In this document: piece by piece, positions 27,207 to 32,000 of the stretch
How positions within the stretch are numbered: position 1 is the stretch's first letter
Layout of the letters: every line of letters begins with the position of its first letter
NCBI RefSeq assembly: GCF_000015025.1
Contig: NC_008578.1
Span: 1,770,001 to 1,802,000, forward strand
Direction: 5' to 3'
DNA length: 32,000 bases
From: Acidothermus cellulolyticus 11B
Lineage (GTDB): Bacteria > Actinomycetota > Actinomycetes > Acidothermales > Acidothermaceae
Notes under the pieces: generated by a model
Databases searched by the model: none
The model's input: only the letters and a program-made list of their open reading frames with translations
Told to the model about the DNA's origin: nothing
Program-made: the position numbers and the translations under genes

Positions 27207-28334
27207 GATGATGAGTGCTTGATCATCGCTGCCCGCTGGGGCGACGGTTTCGAGCAGCCACTCCGTTCCCCCGCGGAAGCCTCGGGTGACCAGCCGCTCC
27301 GCCTCGCCGAGCAACTTGTCGATGCCGACGCTGATCTCCCGCTCCGGGGTCTCGACCAGCCCGTCGGTGTACAGCAATATCGCGTCACCCGGCTCGAGGG
27401 TGCCATGCACCGGCGCAAATTCCGGGCCGGGCAGCACGCCGAGAATCGCGCCTGCGGCATCGGCCAACTGCCAGGTCCCGCTGCCGGACCGGAAGTGCAC
27501 CGCCGGCGGATGACCCGCCGACCGCACGGTGTACGCCCCGGTGTGCACATCCAGCGCGAGGTGAACCGCGGTCGCGAACCCTTCCGGCCAACTCTGGCGG
27601 AGCAAATAGGCGTTCGCTGCCGAGAGAAACCGGTCCGGGGCGACCGCGCCGAGCAACCCGCCGAAGGCGCCCGCCAGCGAGAGGGCTCGGGTGGCGGCGT
27701 CCACCCCTTTGCCGGACACGTCGACCAGTACCACCTCAAGCCGGCTCCCGTCACCGGTTAAAGCCGCGACGAGGAAATCCCCACCGAACGACGTCGGTCC
27801 TGCGGACCGTACCGACGCCTCGGCATGCCAGCCCGCCGGCAGCGCGGGCAGCTCCCCGAGCCGTCGCAGCCGATCGCGCAGGTCGACGAGCATCGCTTCG
27901 CCCCGCAGGCCCTGGACGCCGAGCCGCTCGCGGGTCGCCGCGAGCTGATAGGCGACGACCGCCACCAGACCGACGACCACGAGCTCCCCCGGCCGCAGCG
28001 TGCGCATGCCAAGCCGGCCGACGTCATAGCCGAGGGCGGCGAGCGTCAGCGCCACCATCGCGATGACACTGCGCCGAGGCAACAGCAGCGCCGAGCCCAG
28101 CAATGGCACGACAAACACCGCCGCCGGCAGCCAGGCCACGCCGAGGATCGGTGACAGAATCCCCAGTCCGACGATCAGCGCACCGAGCCAGAACCGCGCG
28201 ATCCGCGGTTCGAGTACGGAGCTGCGGCGCAGGGCGATGCGGATCGTACGGCGCCGCAAACCCCGCCGGGACAGTGGCCGGGATCGGCCGACGCGAGACC
28301 GGTCAGCCGCGGCCACTGCACCCTTGATACTCAC
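27192..28334 (-). CDS. Membrane-anchored PP2C-family (SpoIIE/RsbU-type) serine phosphatase
   Basis: PP2C/SpoIIE motifs GGDFLVAAL, VLVDVSGKGVDAA and ILLYTDGLVE. The N-terminus has 3-4 hydrophobic helices (FWLGALIVGLGILSPILGVAWLPAAVFVVPLLGSALLL, VIAMVALTLAALGY, LVVVGLVAVVAY). The start is uncertain: GTG 28334 is used here, and GTG 28316, ATG 28466 or the track start 28553 are possible. Confidence 0.8.
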   Translation of the reverse strand: MSIKGAVAAADRSRVGRSRPLSRRGLRRRTIRIALRRSSVLEPRIARFWLGALIVGLGILSPILGVAWLPAAVFVVPLLGSALLLPRRSVIAMVALTLAALGYDVGRLGMRTLRPGELVVVGLVAVVAYQLAATRERLGVQGLRGEAMLVDLRDRLRRLGELPALPAGWHAEASVRSAGPTSFGGDFLVAALTGDGSRLEVVLVDVSGKGVDAATRALSLAGAFGGLLGAVAPDRFLSAANAYLLRQSWPEGFATAVHLALDVHTGAYTVRSAGHPPAVHFRSGSGTWQLADAAGAILGVLPGPEFAPVHGTLEPGDAILLYTDGLVETPEREISVGIDKLLGEAERLVTRGFRGGTEWLLETVAPAGSDDQALIIIWRD

Positions 28335-28732
28335 GAAGGGCGAGCGTATCGGGGTCAACGTCACGAAACCTCGATTTCCGGAAAATGCCCCGGGTCGCCG
28401 TCCCCAGACACTCGGCCGAGAGCGCCGCGGAGAGCCAGGTGTCACGGGCACCGGACGGCGCGCCATGCTGGAGCCATGGCCAGACCGCGCCCCACCGAAC
28501 CCGACCTCGGAGACGACACGTCCCCAACGGCCACCTCGCCGGCGTCCCCGCATGGACGGCGCCCGCCGCCGCGTCCGGAAGCGACGCTTCGGGCCTTGCT
28601 CGGCGAGGGACGCTCACAGGTCGGGGTGGTCGGTGCCTTGCGTGCCCGTGACGTATCCCGGCCACGGCCCGAACAGCTGCGTGATCAATAGCGCGGCGCA
28701 GCAGCGCCTCGGGGCGCCCAGCGCCCGGATGA

Positions 28733-29215
28733 TCAGCGCCAGTCGACTGTCGGAACCTCCGGGGGTGTGCCGGTCGCCTCGAACTCGCTGATCATGCCGA
28801 TCCGCCGCGCATGCCGGGGTTCCCCGGAGAACGGGGTGCGGAGGAAGATGTCCACCAACCGGATCGCGTCACGAATGGTGTGCTGCCGGGCGCCGATGCT
28901 TGCCACGTTGGCGTCATTGTGGGCTCGAGCCAGCGCCGCGGTCTCGTCATTCCAGATCAACGCGGCGCGGATGCCCCGGACCTTGTTCGCCGCGATCTGC
29001 TCGCCATTGCCGGATCCCCCGATCACGACACCGAAGCTGTCCCGGTCGGCGGCCGTCCGCCGCGCCGCATCGATCACGTACGGCGGATAGTCGTCGTCCG
29101 GTTGGAAGACGACCGGGCCGCAGTCGACCGGCTCGTAGCCCTGCTCAGCGAGCCATTCGATCAGGCGTGTCTTCAGCTCGAACCCGGCGTGATCCGAGGC
29201 AACGTAGACCCGCAC
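28733..29215 (-). CDS. rpiB: Ribose-5-phosphate isomerase B
   Basis: MRVYVASDHAGFELK, GGSGNGEQIAANKVRGIRAAL and HNDANV motifs. 160 aa, RpiB/LacAB family. Confidence 0.94.
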   Translation of the reverse strand: MRVYVASDHAGFELKTRLIEWLAEQGYEPVDCGPVVFQPDDDYPPYVIDAARRTAADRDSFGVVIGGSGNGEQIAANKVRGIRAALIWNDETAALARAHNDANVASIGARQHTIRDAIRLVDIFLRTPFSGEPRHARRIGMISEFEATGTPPEVPTVDWR

Positions 29216-29274
29216 GTGCTACTCCACCCGCCGGGCCGGGACGGTACCGGCGTCCGCCCACCGACAGCTCGCGC

Positions 29275-29727
29275 TCATCGCTGCGCCTGCCCCGGAACGG
29301 GTGGCCGAGCGGCGGCTTCCGCGAGCATCCGCAACCCTTGCACAAGAGCGCCGACCAGATCACCACCGCCGAGCATGGTCGCCATCGAAACCGCAGCAAG
29401 GGCAGCTGCCTGGTCGTCAAGACGACGCCGCGCGGCACGCCCGGTCACGATTTCGACTGCCCGGGCCTCCGGCTCAATGACGACGAGCACCGCATGCTCG
29501 GCACGCTCGCCAAGCGCCGCGTGGAGCCGCCGCGCTTCACGCCGTACGTCGCCGCCGAGCGGCCCGATGAACGCCGAGAACCACAGGCCCGTCTCCTCCC
29601 GGGCAGCCGCCAGGGCCTGCCGGATGACGTCAGCTTCCCGCGGGGTGAGCGGCCCGCTCCGGGGTGGCGACGCGACGCCGCCACGGGCCGACAGGGCGAC
29701 GATGCCGCCCGATTCACCACCGGGCAC
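29275..29727 (-). CDS. DUF5130-like actinobacterial protein
   Basis: GLWFSAFIGPLGGDVRREARRLHAALGERAEHAVLVVIEPEARAVEIVTGRAARRRLDDQAAALAAVSMATMLGGGDLVGALVQGLRMLA matches my memory of the DUF5130 family. Start set at GTG 29727, which has AGGAGG 8 nt upstream; it overlaps the end of the upstream gene by 14 nt. Confidence 0.65.
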   Translation of the reverse strand: MPGGESGGIVALSARGGVASPPRSGPLTPREADVIRQALAAAREETGLWFSAFIGPLGGDVRREARRLHAALGERAEHAVLVVIEPEARAVEIVTGRAARRRLDDQAAALAAVSMATMLGGGDLVGALVQGLRMLAEAAARPPVPGQAQR

Positions 29728-30106
29728 CGGCGCCACCTCCTTCAGCGGTAGCCGGCGGAATCTCCTCGATCCGGCTGACAGCGGCTTCCGGTTCCGGCGG
29801 TCCGCCGAACCAGGCGGCGCCACCCGGCCATGGCCGCCCCGGACGGTACCGCGGTCCTCGAACCAACGACGGCAGATAGACGAGGAATCCGATGACGAGA
29901 AACGCGGCGATCGGTATGCCTGCGAAGATCAGCGCCGTCTGAACCCAGGTGAGCCGGCCGCCGGGTGTCCCTGATTCGTTGACGATCGGCCCGGCGGCCC
30001 AGACCGGGGCCGCGAAGAATCCTGATGCCAACCAGCCGGACGTGAGCCCAAGAACCATGGTCAGCCGGTGAGAGAGTCGACGAGGACGCGCCACGATGTG
30101 CCTCAC
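29714..30106 (-). CDS. Small two-helix membrane protein with RYRPGRPW motif (possibly CtaJ-like cytochrome aa3 oxidase accessory subunit)
   Basis: Two hydrophobic helices (VLGLTSGWLASGFFAAPVWAA and ALIFAGIPIAAFLVIGFLVYL) are followed by RGPRYRPGRPWPGGAAWFGGP. It is paired with DUF5130 next to rpiB, as I recall for mycobacteria. The start is GTG 30106 or ATG 30058. The functional name is low confidence. Confidence 0.55.
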   Translation of the reverse strand: MRHIVARPRRLSHRLTMVLGLTSGWLASGFFAAPVWAAGPIVNESGTPGGRLTWVQTALIFAGIPIAAFLVIGFLVYLPSLVRGPRYRPGRPWPGGAAWFGGPPEPEAAVSRIEEIPPATAEGGGAGARW

Positions 30107-30239
30107 CTCTTGTAGACGCCGTGCCGGGCGGCCGGCGTCCCACTCCGGGCAGGGTCGGCCGCGACGGCCGCGGTACGGTTCACGGTCGCTGTCACGCTAA
30201 CCGACGGCAGGCCGTCCGGGGCAGCCGGGTCAGACGCGG

Positions 30240-32000
30240 TCATGTCGCCCGGCCGCCGCGCAGCAGTCGAGCCAGCGTTTGAGCCACCGCGCGGATCGCC
30301 GGATCGCTGAACACCTCGTCGAGGAGGACGACCCGTCCGTTGCCGTCCGCCATCGGCACCCGCCAGTTCGGATACGCGTCCGCGGTGCCCGGCTGATTCA
30401 CCGGACGTCGATCGCCCACGATGTCCGGGAGGTAGAGGCCCCGGAGCAGCGCCGGTGTCCGGCCGACGTACCCGTAGAGCGCGGCGCGGACGGCATCCAG
30501 GTGCGGCCGCAGGCGTGCCGCGAAGTCCGCGGGCACGGCGTCCGGCTCGGCCTCGCGGGCGGGTACGGCGCGTGGCTGGGCCCCGGCTGCGGGTACGGCG
30601 TCCGGCTGGGCCCCGGCTGCGGGTACGGCGTCCGGCTGGGCCTCGGCCGCCGTCTGCCGGCCAGTGATCTCCGCGAGGATCGCCGGGTCGAGAAGGCCCT
30701 CGGCGGCCAGGACACGCAGCCAGTCGAGACGGTCCGCCTCGTCCGCCGCCCGCTCGGCCGCTTCGTCCCGGGCGAGGAGACCCAACCGGGCGCGCAGGTC
30801 GACGTGTACGCCGAGCAGGTAGCCGCAGGTCGGCGGCAGGTCATGGGTTGTCACCGTCGCCAGGCACTCCCGCCGCCAGTGCGCCGGTGGACTCGGCCGG
30901 CCGGACCGATCCCGCTCGAACCACAGCACGGACGTGCCCATGATGTCCTCGGCGCGCAGCCGCTCACGCACGCCGGCAGGCACCACGCCCAGGTCCTCAC
31001 CGATCACCACAGCTCCAGCGCGGGCCGCCTCGATCCGGACGACGCCCAGCAGCGCGTCGGCGTCCATCTCCAGGTACGCGCCGTCAGCGGCGGGTGCGTC
31101 GTCGGCGATCCACCACTGCCGGAAGAACCCGAGGATGTGGTCGATGCGCAGGCCGCCGCCGAGCGCCAACCACGCGCGGACCGTGTCTCGCAACGGCTGG
31201 AATCCGGCGCGGGCCAACCGGTCCGGATGCCAGGCCGCCAAATTCCACCGCTGGCCCTGCTGGTTGTACATGTCCGCGGGTGCGCCCAGGGTGACGCCGG
31301 GCGCAATCACCGACGCGTACGCCCAGGCGTCGGCACCGTCCGGGTCCACGCCGACCGCGAGATCGTGGACGACGCCGAGCGGCATGCCGACAGCACGCGC
31401 CGACCGGTGCGCAGCAGCCAACTGCCCGGCGGCAAGCCACTGCAACCAGCCGTAAAACTGCACCCGACGGTGCTGCGCGGCCCGGAATTCCGACACCGCG
31501 CGGCCCGCCGGATCCCGAAATTCCGGCGGCCAATTCCGCCATTTCGGTCCGTACTGCTCCGCGAGCGCACACCAGGTCGCGAAATTCGTCAGCGCGGCGC
31601 CTTGTTCCTCCTGGAATCGGTGAAATTCGGCGCGTCGCGCGCTGGTCGAACAGTCTTCCCAGACCGCAAAGGCTTTCTCCAGTGCGGCGCGTTTCACCGT
31701 CCAGATACGATCGCGGTCGATAAGCCGGTCCACGGAATTCTCCGCCCGCAACGCCGCGGCATCGGCGTCCGCGCAGCCGGCCGCTTCGGGAATGTCCTCG
31801 ATCCGCAGATAGAGCGGGTCAGCGAACCGGCGGGACGACGGAAAATACGGCGACGGCTCCATTGGCAGCGTCGGCGCCGGGGCATGGAGGGGATTGACGA
31901 GCACGAATCCGCATCCCAGCTCACGAGCCGCCCATTCCGCCAGGGCGCGAAGGTCCGCCGCATCGCCGATGCCCCACGACGCGGTCGAGCGGACGGCGTA
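30240..32000 (-). CDS. malQ: 4-alpha-glucanotransferase (GH77 amylomaltase), N-terminus beyond the right edge
   Basis: The frame stays open past track start 31904 to base 32000; my translation there is YAVRSTASWGIGDAADLRALAEWAARELGCGFVLVNPLHA. Catalytic motifs present: RIDHILGFFRQWWI, VIGEDLGVVP and TTHDLPP. Confidence 0.93.
   Translation of the reverse strand, partial: YAVRSTASWGIGDAADLRALAEWAARELGCGFVLVNPLHAPAPTLPMEPSPYFPSSRRFADPLYLRIEDIPEAAGCADADAAALRAENSVDRLIDRDRIWTVKRAALEKAFAVWEDCSTSARRAEFHRFQEEQGAALTNFATWCALAEQYGPKWRNWPPEFRDPAGRAVSEFRAAQHRRVQFYGWLQWLAAGQLAAAHRSARAVGMPLGVVHDLAVGVDPDGADAWAYASVIAPGVTLGAPADMYNQQGQRWNLAAWHPDRLARAGFQPLRDTVRAWLALGGGLRIDHILGFFRQWWIADDAPAADGAYLEMDADALLGVVRIEAARAGAVVIGEDLGVVPAGVRERLRAEDIMGTSVLWFERDRSGRPSPPAHWRRECLATVTTHDLPPTCGYLLGVHVDLRARLGLLARDEAAERAADEADRLDWLRVLAAEGLLDPAILAEITGRQTAAEAQPDAVPAAGAQPDAVPAAGAQPRAVPAREAEPDAVPADFAARLRPHLDAVRAALYGYVGRTPALLRGLYLPDIVGDRRPVNQPGTADAYPNWRVPMADGNGRVVLLDEVFSDPAIRAVAQTLARLLRGGRAT
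30531..30650. repeat. 30-bp x4 in-frame tandem repeat inside malQ
   Basis: Units start at 30531, 30561, 30591 and 30621 (GGGTACGGCGTCCGGCTGGGCCCCGGCTGC and variants). They encode AEAQPDAVPAAGAQPDAVPAAGAQPRAVPAREAEPDAVPA. Confidence 0.9.

Noticed and set aside
27759-27761. In-frame TTA (Leu) codons as bldA-style developmental control. They occur in the PP2C gene (27761-27759), the small coiled-coil ORF (3339-3337) and smc (1374-1372).
   Set aside because: One of them is in the housekeeping gene smc, so TTA is merely rare here and not evidently reserved for regulated genes. No inference is justified from three cases.
28811-29974. 387-aa + strand ORF (and 28900..29751)
   Set aside because: It is antisense to rpiB and the DUF5130 gene, and is Pro/Arg/Ser-rich junk. 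The minus-strand genes have clear family motifs and SD sites.

Overview
High-GC (about 70% by eye) actinobacterial chromosome segment made almost entirely of conserved housekeeping genes. I call 32 CDS and 2 tRNAs, 30 of the 34 on the minus strand.

Gene order, left to right:
- smc (partial), 67-aa coiled-coil ORF, acyP, mutM, rnc, rpmF, DUF177, SepIVA-like
- coaD, rsmD, recG, short DAK2/FakA-like, rpmB(+), thiD, thiL, AsnC-domain protein(+)
- ddl, gpsA, plsC, HU with basic tail, leuD, leuC, IclR regulator(+)
- HtrA/PepD-like protease, MprB-like kinase, MprA-like regulator, aldo/keto reductase
- tRNA-Pro(UGG,-), tRNA-Gly(UCC,+), membrane PP2C phosphatase, rpiB, DUF5130, small membrane protein, malQ (partial)

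This is the classical smc...recG...leuCD-IclR synteny block of Streptomyces and Mycobacterium (from memory, roughly Rv2922c to Rv2989). The long + strand ORFs in the track (up to 1100 aa) are antisense shadows of GC-rich genes.

I find no convincing novel multi-gene system: no defence, mobile-element, CRISPR, toxin-antitoxin or biosynthetic signature.

The leads are small-scale:
- a 444-bp structured gene-free region plus an unassigned small coiled-coil ORF next to smc
- thiL apparently needing a non-canonical start codon
- short tandem or direct repeats in intergenic regions, two of which duplicate the 3' ends of ddl and the PP2C gene
- a 17-bp VNTR beside tRNA-Pro
- an in-frame 30-bp x4 repeat inside malQ
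- a DAK2 protein lacking its usual C-terminal domain

Several track ORF starts were trimmed using Shine-Dalgarno and homology logic. rpmF and smc are not in the track and were found by hand translation.
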